Source: an uncultured Bacilli bacterium (GTDB lineage: Bacteria; Bacillota_I; Bacilli_A; RF39; UBA660). From it: a stretch of 64,000 bases of DNA. The DNA is taken from assembly GCA_934090735.1 (NCBI GenBank), contig CAKOJR010000002.1:138788-202787 (forward strand), in the 5' to 3' direction. Numbering within the stretch: position 1 is the stretch's first letter; each line of letters opens with the position of its first letter. The position numbers and the translations under genes were made by a program. The notes beneath the pieces are model-generated. The model saw only the letters and a list, made by a program, of their open reading frames with translations. It was not told the DNA's origin and made no database searches. Below are positions 26,536 through 34,360 of the stretch, in pieces.

Positions 26536-27664
26536 CTTCTTTCTGTTCTGGCATTTTAGTTATAAGTTTGTAAATTACGTAGCCGCATACTCCAAGTAAA
26601 ATAATAATTAGAAATATTAGTCCAAAATTGCTGGATTTTTTAATTGTAATTGTGTAATCTCTGGAGTTACCATTTTCAGCTACTACGGTGATAACTATTT
26701 TACTTTTGTTTTTTAAGTTACTATTATTTTTAACTTCATATGTTGCATTATCACTTTGAGTTTCAACTGTTATATTTAAAGTTTTATCACTTTTGTTTAT
26801 TTTTAATGTGTAATCATTTTTTTCGGGATTAAAATCAATATTATATCCTTCTATTTCAATTCTTGATAGGAAGGAATTGTCATCTAGTTCATCAAGATAT
26901 GATAGATTTATTTGATAAATTCTTATAGAACCATCTTCAGCAGTTACAGTAACAGTTATTGGTTTTTCGATATCAATGTTTTCGTTGTTTTCAATTTTTA
27001 CTGTTGCTTTATCGCTTTCAGCTTTAGCAGTTACTTCAATACTGCTAGTTTCTCTTGATATTTTTAAGTAATATGTTTCTACTTCTTTGCTAAAGATAAA
27101 GTCAGTGTCTTTTAAAGTAAGTTCTTTTAAGTAATTATTACCATCTTTTAGATTTTCAGTGGTTGTAGTTGTGGTTGTAGTGCTTGTAGTTGTTTGAGAG
27201 GTAGTTTTACTTGTTGTACGTGAAGTTGTTTTTGTAGTTTTGGTAGTCTTTTTTGTTGTTGTAGTTGTGGTTGTAGGTTTTGTTGTACTTTTGTATTCTA
27301 GGCCATTACTTGTTCTACCGCAGTCATATGATGCAAGAATTCCACAGTAACTTGGATAAGATGTTGTACGGCATGAACCACTATAGGCAGTGCAACTACT
27401 TTTAGCTACGTAATATAGTGGGTCTGTATTGCCATTTGAGCATCTTACTAATCCAACTGTATAGAACTGAGTTTGCCATGTTCCACTATAACAAGTTGCT
27501 TTTACACAGTGACCATAGTATCCTTGATTAAAACTTCCTTGAGCGTAACTTGCTTGAAAATCCAAGCATGTTTCTAGGTCTTTTACGTAGCTAACATCTA
27601 AGTCAGCGTTTACTTTGATCGGAATTAAAGCAGCAAGAAGTATGGTTAATAAATACTTTTTCAT
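26513..27664 (-). CDS. surface protein: signal peptide, Cys-rich head, Thr/Lys-rich stalk, two cadherin-like beta-sandwich repeats, C-terminal TM anchor
   Basis: Start at MKKYLLTILLAALIPIKVNA (ATG 27662-27664); the track extension runs through a terminator hairpin. TTTTTTTKKTTKTTKTT tract. Repeats LKELTLKD...YQINL and LSRIEIEG...YTITIKK match the PF12733-type pattern. Confidence 0.6.
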   Translation of the reverse strand: MKKYLLTILLAALIPIKVNADLDVSYVKDLETCLDFQASYAQGSFNQGYYGHCVKATCYSGTWQTQFYTVGLVRCSNGNTDPLYYVAKSSCTAYSGSCRTTSYPSYCGILASYDCGRTSNGLEYKSTTKPTTTTTTTKKTTKTTKTTSRTTSKTTSQTTTSTTTTTTTTENLKDGNNYLKELTLKDTDFIFSKEVETYYLKISRETSSIEVTAKAESDKATVKIENNENIDIEKPITVTVTAEDGSIRIYQINLSYLDELDDNSFLSRIEIEGYNIDFNPEKNDYTLKINKSDKTLNITVETQSDNATYEVKNNSNLKNKSKIVITVVAENGNSRDYTITIKKSSNFGLIFLIIILLGVCGYVIYKLITKMPEQKEDDNYDYE

Positions 27665-27673
27665 ATTACCTCC

Positions 27674-27713
27674 AAAAAAAGATACCGACTTGTTAACCAA
27701 AATCAGGTATCTT
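27674..27713 (-). terminator. hairpin terminator/attenuator between the 200-aa and 383-aa adhesin genes
   Basis: Minus strand AAGATACC-(19 nt)-GGTATCTT followed by T6, which runs directly into the GGAGG of the next gene. Confidence 0.45.
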
Positions 27714-27750
27714 CAAATCTATATTAATAATATCATAAAATTATTAATAT

Positions 27751-28353
27751 TTAAATCTTTTTAAATACATTTTTCTTATTTAAAATAAATAGTCCACCAA
27801 TTAATACAGCAGCAGTTGTTCCTAATAATAGATAATAGTCTTCTACACCAGTGTCTGGATTTGTTCCGTCATCTTTAGTTGTATCGCTTGAACCATCGCC
27901 ATCTTTATCTGCTGTTTTTGTAGTAGTAGTTGTTGTTTTATAATCATCACCACTTGTATTTTTTGCACAGTTATAAAATATTTTTTGAGTGAAGTAAACA
28001 TATGGACCACTATCTGTACAAGATGAGCCTGCTTTCATTTCACTAGTTATTGCTCCAGCGTCAATTATAGCATTTGGTTTAGTGTTGCCATTAGCACAAC
28101 TTACTGAGTATGTATTAAGTTTTGTATGAACATTTTTACTATTTGTACAAGATACTTTAATACATTCTAAATAGTAACCTGCGGTGGCATTTGAAATGCT
28201 TGTGCCACCGTTTTGATTAACTGCTTCTTTACATTTGGTTTCAGCGTCTTGTTCATCTTTTAAATTCCAAATTGTTGTTGTTGTATTTTGATCTACTTTA
28301 GCAAATACACCTATAGGCATTATGAGTAATAAACTAATTAATAATTTTTTCAT
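27751..28353 (-). CDS. surface protein: signal peptide, Cys-rich head homologous to 26513-27664, Thr-rich stalk, NPDTG sortase-type sorting signal
   Basis: GYYLECIKVSCT...SVSCANGNTKP aligns with GYYGHCVKATCY...LVRCSNGNTDP. C-terminus NPDTG + hydrophobic + KKNVFKKI. Confidence 0.6.
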   Translation of the reverse strand: MKKLLISLLLIMPIGVFAKVDQNTTTTIWNLKDEQDAETKCKEAVNQNGGTSISNATAGYYLECIKVSCTNSKNVHTKLNTYSVSCANGNTKPNAIIDAGAITSEMKAGSSCTDSGPYVYFTQKIFYNCAKNTSGDDYKTTTTTTKTADKDGDGSSDTTKDDGTNPDTGVEDYYLLLGTTAAVLIGGLFILNKKNVFKKI

Positions 28354-28360
28354 ATTATCC

Positions 28361-31300
28361 CTACTTTCCTAAATATTCTTTCATTTTTTTATGTTTCTTA
28401 CGAACTACTATTATTATACCCGCTCCTAGAATAATTACACTACCAATTAATACGGCGGTAATTTCTAGTGTTTTGTTGTAACTATCTTTTTGAATATCTA
28501 TTGAGTAGATATTTGTAGCTCCGTTTTCAGCAACTACTTTGATTCTTACTGTACTAAATCCAGTTAATGAGTTATTACCATACATGTATACTTCAGATCT
28601 ATTACTTGTAGGTGTTGCTGTTATGATTAAGCTCTTTTCTCTTTTGATTTTGACTGTGTAGTCTAGTTTTTCTGGAGAGAAGTCAATTCCATAATTTTTA
28701 ACTGTTAATGATGAAAGAGTAACGTCGTTAGATATTTCTAAACCAGCTTCTTTTCTGATTACTGTTACAGTATATGTTTTTGTTAATTTACCATTTTTGA
28801 CAGTTATTTTTAGGTTATTAGCACCAACTTTAAGGCCTCTATCACCTTCAACTTCAGCAAAGGCATTATCGCTTTCTGGGAAGGCGTATACGTTTACTGA
28901 TGAGTATTCATATGGAACGGTTACTGCGTATTCATAAATTTCTTTATTAAAGTCAATTGCTGTTCCTTCGATTGTTAGTGTGTCTAAGTAAGCACTTGTA
29001 CTAGTTTCTTCTTCAGCACCTTTTTTAATGAATGTTAGAACGTAACTTCTTGTGATACCAGATTCACTGATTACTTCAAGTACTGATGTGGTAATGTCTT
29101 CGGTTAGTTCTACTTCACGAGGTTCATTTCCTTCAACGAATGATGAAGTATCACTAGCAAGTGTACCATTAATACTTACCTTTTTAGTGTTCTTTGGTAC
29201 TTCAATGTTGTAGTCTGTTACATATGGGTCAAATTCAATTTTTCCTTTACTTACTGTTAAGTCTGTTAGTAAGTTGTTTGAAACTCTGTCATCTGTTCTT
29301 GTTGCGATGATTGTATAAGTTCTTACTTTGCCAGATTTGTTTTTAATTTTGATTAAGATTTTATTTTCGCCATATTCTAGATTTACTGTTCTTGGTTCAT
29401 AGCCTTCAACGTATGAAGCGTCGTCGCTAGTAAGAGTTGCAAATACACTTATTTTATCACTGTTAACTTCGATTTTGTAACCCATTGATAATGAGTCGAA
29501 ACCAGCTAAAGCTTTGTCATTTTTAAGTCTATTTGATAGGAGTGAGTAACCACTTGGCATTACGTCTAAATAAGCATTTTCACCTTCAATACTATTTAAG
29601 GTTACTGCTACATCATTAGCATCTTTAACACTTAGTGATTCAAGAGTGTTTGTAATATCAGCGTCATGAACGATTGCAAACATTGGTCTACTTAAGATAC
29701 CTTGGTCATCTCTAACCCATGCATAGTATAGACCAGCAGGTTTTTGTTCATATGCTATTGTGTTAGCATCAGCAAAGTCTTTCCAAACGCTATCCACTGT
29801 TGGATTTGATGAATCATCTAGATAGTAACTTTTAACATCATTAGAAATTTTTCTTCCTTTTACAGTGATTGTTCCTAATCCTTGATTTAGTAGTGATGCG
29901 GAAATTTCAACAGCAGGTCTTGTACCATTTGAGCAAGATACTAGGTATGTTTTATGACATGTTCCGTTTTTAACTTTATTACATGTATTTTCAGTTTGTT
30001 CTACTGGATTTTGTGTATAATCTTTTGCACATGTGAACATGTCCATTACGTCGATATTTTCAACAATTTTATTATCTTTCTTTTCATAACAGATATTTAT
30101 TTTTTTACTTACATCTGTTACATCAGTTTGTTTTTCACTTGACTTACAGTCTTTTTCACCGTCACCATTAAGAGCGTTACATTCATCTTCATTTTGTGCT
30201 GATTCATCAATTTCGTATTTATCTGATAGGTCTTCTTCTGACCAAATATATTCGTCTTTATCTTCATTATAGTAGCATCTAGCTTCTACTGGTTTTTCGT
30301 CTTCTGGTGCACATGATGATTTATCAATTTGTCTAGCTGTTAAATCGTTACGATATACGTAGCCTTCGGTGCCATCATAAGTTACTTTACAATATTGACC
30401 ATTTGAATAAGCACAAGCTTCTGTCATGTTTCCAGAAATTTTTACTGATTCTGCACACGGAATATTATTGTCAGATGAACCACCAATGTCTCCTGTGTTT
30501 GTATATAAAGGGGTAGATCTTAAAGTATATCTTGTTTGTTCTTTACAACTTGCAGGTATAGCATCAAAGCTTACTACTAACTGATTACGATAAACTTTAG
30601 TAGTTGTGTTTACTGATACACCATTTACTTTAGTAATCGTACATGTTGGGTTAGCACTTGAAGATGCTGTTTCACATGTAGTTACATAAACTTCATCACC
30701 ACATGAAACTTTATATCCACCAGCTGAAGCATTTTCTTTAGCATATCTTATTGCATTAACAGGTTCAGTATTTGGTGTTGGTGTTGGCACAGGAGTTACT
30801 GGAGAAGGTGATGGAGTGGTTGAAGTAGACTTCCACTGTGCATAATATGCTGTATCAGAGTTGTGTACTACGCCTCTTCCTGGCTGTACATATGATGAAC
30901 AAGCTTTTGCATTTTTACAATATCCTAAAAATTTATAATTTGATCTTGTTGGTGTTGGCATATCGATTGCACATGAGGTGCTATTGCATGTTTTTGTTTG
31001 AATGGATTCACCTGTATTATAAAATGTTCCACCGTTTCCATTAAATACTACTTCGAAAGAATTTGTTGATTGCCATTGTGCATAGTATGTGGCAGCTGCA
31101 CTATGTACTACGCCTCTTCCTGGTTGTACATATTTTGAACATGTTTTTGCATTTTTACAATATCCTAAAAACTTATAATTTTTTCTTGTTGGTGTTGGCA
31201 TATCGATTGCACATGAGGTGCTATTACAGGTTTTTGTTTGAGTGGATTCGCCTGTATTATAAAATGTTCCACCATTTCCATTAAATACTACTTTGAAAGA

Positions 31301-32353
31301 ATTTGCTGAGCTACATTCTGATGGCTTTGTTGTATTATAATATTTTGAATTTAATCCTGAATATGTTTTTCCATTATATGTAAATGAACATATTGCTCCT
31401 TGAGAGTTTCCATTACATGTTGTTACTTTTATTTCTGAACATTTTTTGATTGTTTCATTACTTCCAGAACTGTTTTTTACTGTTGTATCTGATGTTATCC
31501 ATGCAGTTTTATTTACTACATTGCCGTCACCAGTTACTGTAATATTAACAGTCACTTCGGTTTTTTGAAATGCATAATAAAGTTTAATCTTTGCGGTTCC
31601 GGGGCTTATACCTTTGACATTATTATACAAGCCAGAAGTGTTTGCAAAATGCTCTACTGAAATAAAATTGTTGCCTTGTAAAATATCATAAGTTCCAGAA
31701 GTTGCGCTAGAACCAGTTCCATAACCACATGCTAATGCCACTTTACTTCTTATTTCTAATGAATCACCTGCTTTAATGCTATAATTAAACGTCTCACCGC
31801 CCTTACAATAATTACTGCACTTGGATAAGACCGTTCTGCAGGAATAACTAGCAGAGGCTTCACAAATGCTTGCGGGAATATCTGAACAGCTTTGTGCTGT
31901 TTTTGTTTGACAGGTACTATCTATTTTAGTTGCTGAATATTCATCCGTTTTAGTTTTGCATGTTTTGGATTTTACTTTGTATACTGTTGCTTTATACTGG
32001 TTATTACTTTTTTCTATTACATAGCATGCATCAGTATTATTTATTGACATACTGTTAGATTCACATTTCAAGTATTTGTTAACCATGGTTTCTAATTTGT
32101 CTTTTCTTGAATGAAATTTTGTTTCAACAACTTTTGTTTTATCTGGTGTTGCATACCAAAGTTTACAAGTTTTGCATTGATAATAAGTATATGGTCCTAA
32201 TGCTGCTAATGCGTTTGAATCATTATCAATTGTTTCAAATTGACCATTTGAATTTTCCGCTTTATTATCACTTAAACTTATCTTACTTATACTAAAAAAT
32301 AATATAGGTAAAATTAGTAGTAATAATAAATATAGATATTTTTTCTTTTTCAT
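28361..32353 (-). CDS. giant adhesin (1330 aa): Cys-rich N-region, Ig-like and SH3b-like segments, two Listeria-Bacteroides (Flg_new) repeats, Pro/Thr linker, at least four cadherin-like beta-sandwich repeats, C-terminal TM anchor
   Basis: Signal peptide. 80-aa duplicated unit VVFNGNGGTFYNTGES...KFLGYCKN...YYAQW. SPSPVTPVPTPTP linker. Four LxxLxV...Y.v.v repeats near the C-terminus. Anchor ITAVLIGSVIILGAGIIIVVRKKHKK. AGGAGAG SD. Confidence 0.7.
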   Translation of the reverse strand: MKKKKYLYLLLLLILPILFFSISKISLSDNKAENSNGQFETIDNDSNALAALGPYTYYQCKTCKLWYATPDKTKVVETKFHSRKDKLETMVNKYLKCESNSMSINNTDACYVIEKSNNQYKATVYKVKSKTCKTKTDEYSATKIDSTCQTKTAQSCSDIPASICEASASYSCRTVLSKCSNYCKGGETFNYSIKAGDSLEIRSKVALACGYGTGSSATSGTYDILQGNNFISVEHFANTSGLYNNVKGISPGTAKIKLYYAFQKTEVTVNITVTGDGNVVNKTAWITSDTTVKNSSGSNETIKKCSEIKVTTCNGNSQGAICSFTYNGKTYSGLNSKYYNTTKPSECSSANSFKVVFNGNGGTFYNTGESTQTKTCNSTSCAIDMPTPTRKNYKFLGYCKNAKTCSKYVQPGRGVVHSAAATYYAQWQSTNSFEVVFNGNGGTFYNTGESIQTKTCNSTSCAIDMPTPTRSNYKFLGYCKNAKACSSYVQPGRGVVHNSDTAYYAQWKSTSTTPSPSPVTPVPTPTPNTEPVNAIRYAKENASAGGYKVSCGDEVYVTTCETASSSANPTCTITKVNGVSVNTTTKVYRNQLVVSFDAIPASCKEQTRYTLRSTPLYTNTGDIGGSSDNNIPCAESVKISGNMTEACAYSNGQYCKVTYDGTEGYVYRNDLTARQIDKSSCAPEDEKPVEARCYYNEDKDEYIWSEEDLSDKYEIDESAQNEDECNALNGDGEKDCKSSEKQTDVTDVSKKINICYEKKDNKIVENIDVMDMFTCAKDYTQNPVEQTENTCNKVKNGTCHKTYLVSCSNGTRPAVEISASLLNQGLGTITVKGRKISNDVKSYYLDDSSNPTVDSVWKDFADANTIAYEQKPAGLYYAWVRDDQGILSRPMFAIVHDADITNTLESLSVKDANDVAVTLNSIEGENAYLDVMPSGYSLLSNRLKNDKALAGFDSLSMGYKIEVNSDKISVFATLTSDDASYVEGYEPRTVNLEYGENKILIKIKNKSGKVRTYTIIATRTDDRVSNNLLTDLTVSKGKIEFDPYVTDYNIEVPKNTKKVSINGTLASDTSSFVEGNEPREVELTEDITTSVLEVISESGITRSYVLTFIKKGAEEETSTSAYLDTLTIEGTAIDFNKEIYEYAVTVPYEYSSVNVYAFPESDNAFAEVEGDRGLKVGANNLKITVKNGKLTKTYTVTVIRKEAGLEISNDVTLSSLTVKNYGIDFSPEKLDYTVKIKREKSLIITATPTSNRSEVYMYGNNSLTGFSTVRIKVVAENGATNIYSIDIQKDSYNKTLEITAVLIGSVIILGAGIIIVVRKKHKKMKEYLGK
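30824..31303. repeat. 2 x 240-bp in-frame tandem repeat inside the adhesin gene
   Basis: Units 30824-31063 and 31064-31303. My hand alignment gives 29 mismatches in 240 nt. Each unit encodes one 80-aa Flg_new-type repeat. Confidence 0.9.
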
Positions 32354-32380
32354 TTTACTCTCTCCTACTTTCTATATATT

Positions 32381-32409
32381 ATTGTAAAGCATACGTTAAA
32401 AAAAAGCAA
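32381..32409 (-). promoter_or_regulatory. putative sigma-A promoter of the adhesin operon
   Basis: Minus strand TTGCTT-N17-TACAAT, ~25 nt upstream of the 1330-aa ORF start. Confidence 0.35.
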
Positions 32410-32494
32410 TAAAAAAGAAAGATGTCAGCTTAAATTTATGTTTTTGCACTTAAACATTAATAAAAAAAGCATTAATTATTTATTTTTGTAATAT

Positions 32495-32551
32495 AAAAAG
32501 ATACATGTTTACCTTAACTTATAATGTATTATAGGTAATTAATGTATCTCT
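32495..32551 (-). terminator. long hairpin terminator ending the dnaB-dnaI unit
   Basis: Minus strand AGATACAT...TTACCT...AGGTAA...ATGTATCT followed by TTTTTAT, 15 nt after the stop at 32566. Confidence 0.45.
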
Positions 32552-32565
32552 TTTACTTACTTAAG

Positions 32566-32850
32566 TTAATTTTGAGTTAATAAAATATATTGAGCAAGTA
32601 GATTTTTAAAATTTTCTATGTATACTAGTAAAGCTTCTAAAAAGTCATCTTCACCTTCTAAACCGTTTTTCATATCTAGTATTTCCCTACTTTTCAGATA
32701 ACCTAAATCAATTTTTGATTCTTCTGCTAAATTGTCGATTATAGCATTAATTTCTTTTACTGAATTTATTATTTCCATTCTTTTGTTGGGAATATCTAGT
32801 GCTTTAAAAGCTTCCATGTACTCATTAAATGCATTATTAAATTCAGTCAT
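32566..32850 (-). CDS. hypothetical small helical protein
   Basis: 94 aa, no TM. Start shares a nt with the upstream stop (coupled). No motif recognised. Confidence 0.4.
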   Translation of the reverse strand: MTEFNNAFNEYMEAFKALDIPNKRMEIINSVKEINAIIDNLAEESKIDLGYLKSREILDMKNGLEGEDDFLEALLVYIENFKNLLAQYILLTQN

Positions 32851-33377
32851 TATTTGCTTTTTCCTCCATATAAAGCATCAATTTCACTTGACTTCATATT
32901 TTCAATATTTAGTTTATCTGGTTTTTTTGCGAATAATTTGGTTACTGGAGATAAATTTTGATATCTTGCTTTAGCCCTTTTGAAAGCTAGCATTTTAGCA
33001 CCTTGTTCTTTTGATTCTTCTGCTTGCCTTTGTTCTTCTGCTTGTCTAGCTTCTAATAGTTCGTTATCTCTTTCGTAAGCAGCAGATCTTTTATCAGGGT
33101 CCATTCCACGATAATAATCTTCTCTTTCTTTAATCTCGTCATGTTGTTTACGTTCTTCTGGTGTCATATTTTTTAGTGCTTCAGCAAGTTCTTCTTTTCT
33201 TTTTGCACTTTTTTTATAAAAATCTTCTAAGTCATCTTTTCTTCTTGCTTCTGCTAATTCTTTGTCCCATTCAGCTTCGGTCATGCCAAAATATGGATTA
33301 TCGATTGGGCTTACTCCTTCTTGATAGGCATTATCATAAAATTCTCTATCTCTTTTTAAATCTTCTTCTCTACTCAT
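32850..33377 (-). CDS. hypothetical highly charged (E/K/R-rich) protein
   Basis: Start at MSREEDL (AGAGGTG SD 6 nt upstream). Predicted long charged helices. No motif recognised. Confidence 0.4.
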   Translation of the reverse strand: MSREEDLKRDREFYDNAYQEGVSPIDNPYFGMTEAEWDKELAEARRKDDLEDFYKKSAKRKEELAEALKNMTPEERKQHDEIKEREDYYRGMDPDKRSAAYERDNELLEARQAEEQRQAEESKEQGAKMLAFKRAKARYQNLSPVTKLFAKKPDKLNIENMKSSEIDALYGGKSK

Positions 33378-33453
33378 AACAAGCACCTCTTTCTTATTTT
33401 GATATTATCATTAAATAATTTATTTTTCAACATTTGCAGTTATTTGTTTACAC

Positions 33454-34359
33454 TTACTTTCTTCTGTTATCGCTTATTAATTCAAGATTGTCTGTTAGTT
33501 GTTTGATTCTTTCCATTATTCTTCCGGATTTTATTTGTTCTTCTGCTGTTTTGGAAGTTGCAAAGTGAGATGCTAATTCTTCTAAGTTTAGGTTTGATGT
33601 GAAAAATGTAGCTTTTTTTTCTTCCATTCGGTACTGAAGGATTGTGCCTAGAACTTCATCTCTATTCCATCCTGTTACGGTTTCAGCTCCTATATCATCA
33701 ATTAGGAGTAAGTCTGCTTCTTTTAATGATTTAATTCTTGTGTAATAGTCATCATTTGTAAAGGATTCTTTAAGGCTTCTTAATAACTCTGGGTAGTAGA
33801 TTATAAGGGCAGTATAGCCTTCTTTTGATAGTTCGTTTAAAAGGGCACTTATTAGATATGTTTTACCACTACCGAATGAACCATGTAAGTATAAACCTTT
33901 TTCGAATTTACCTTCTTTAAAGTTATCATAGAATTTTTTTAGCCATTTAATTATTTTAACCCTTTTAGCATCTGTGATATCGATATTAGACATTTTAGCT
34001 GTTTTAATTTCATATGGCATTTCAAAGAACTCTGATTTTATTTCGGCTTTTTCTTTAAGGATTGCTTTTTTATATTTGCATGCTACATAGTTAAATGTGA
34101 CATTATCTTCTTCAACGGCCGGATAGTATACTGCACCTTCTACTTTATTTTTACACATGTGAATGCTTTTACAGTTTTTGCAGTTTTCAAGTTCTTGCAT
34201 AGTTCTTTCAATTTTAGATGTGTATTTATAAGCAATACTATCTTTTATTTTTAATTTTTTGACTGTTTTTTTAAATTCTTCGTTTGTAAGGGCGTGGGCA
34301 TAATCTCTTTTTAGAGCATCATCTAAGTTTGGTTTTTGATATTTTTTTAGTTCTTCCAT
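33454..34359 (-). CDS. dnaI: primosomal helicase loader DnaI (DnaC-type AAA+)
   Basis: N-terminal Cys cluster CKNCKSIHMCKN...C, Walker A LHGSFGSGKTYL, Walker B LLLIDDIG. Directly downstream of dnaB, as in Bacillus. Confidence 0.8.
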   Translation of the reverse strand: MEELKKYQKPNLDDALKRDYAHALTNEEFKKTVKKLKIKDSIAYKYTSKIERTMQELENCKNCKSIHMCKNKVEGAVYYPAVEEDNVTFNYVACKYKKAILKEKAEIKSEFFEMPYEIKTAKMSNIDITDAKRVKIIKWLKKFYDNFKEGKFEKGLYLHGSFGSGKTYLISALLNELSKEGYTALIIYYPELLRSLKESFTNDDYYTRIKSLKEADLLLIDDIGAETVTGWNRDEVLGTILQYRMEEKKATFFTSNLNLEELASHFATSKTAEEQIKSGRIMERIKQLTDNLELISDNRRK

Positions 34360-34360
34360 T

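Larger units (their letters stand above)
9264..32409 (-). mobile_element. type IV secretion / conjugation-like gene island (about four predicted transcription units); mobility unproven, no relaxase/integrase/att seen
   Basis: Contiguous co-directional ORFs with VirD4, VirB4, VirB3-, VirB6- and VirB2-like proteins, wall hydrolases and adhesins. Flanked by core genes (murE side, dnaB-dnaI side). Confidence 0.35.

Noticed and set aside
27130-27290. Thr/Lys-codon-rich tract as a phase-variable microsatellite
   Set aside because: The tract is an imperfect mix of ACN/AAR codons without a pure homopolymer or short perfect unit. It is more simply a low-complexity stalk.
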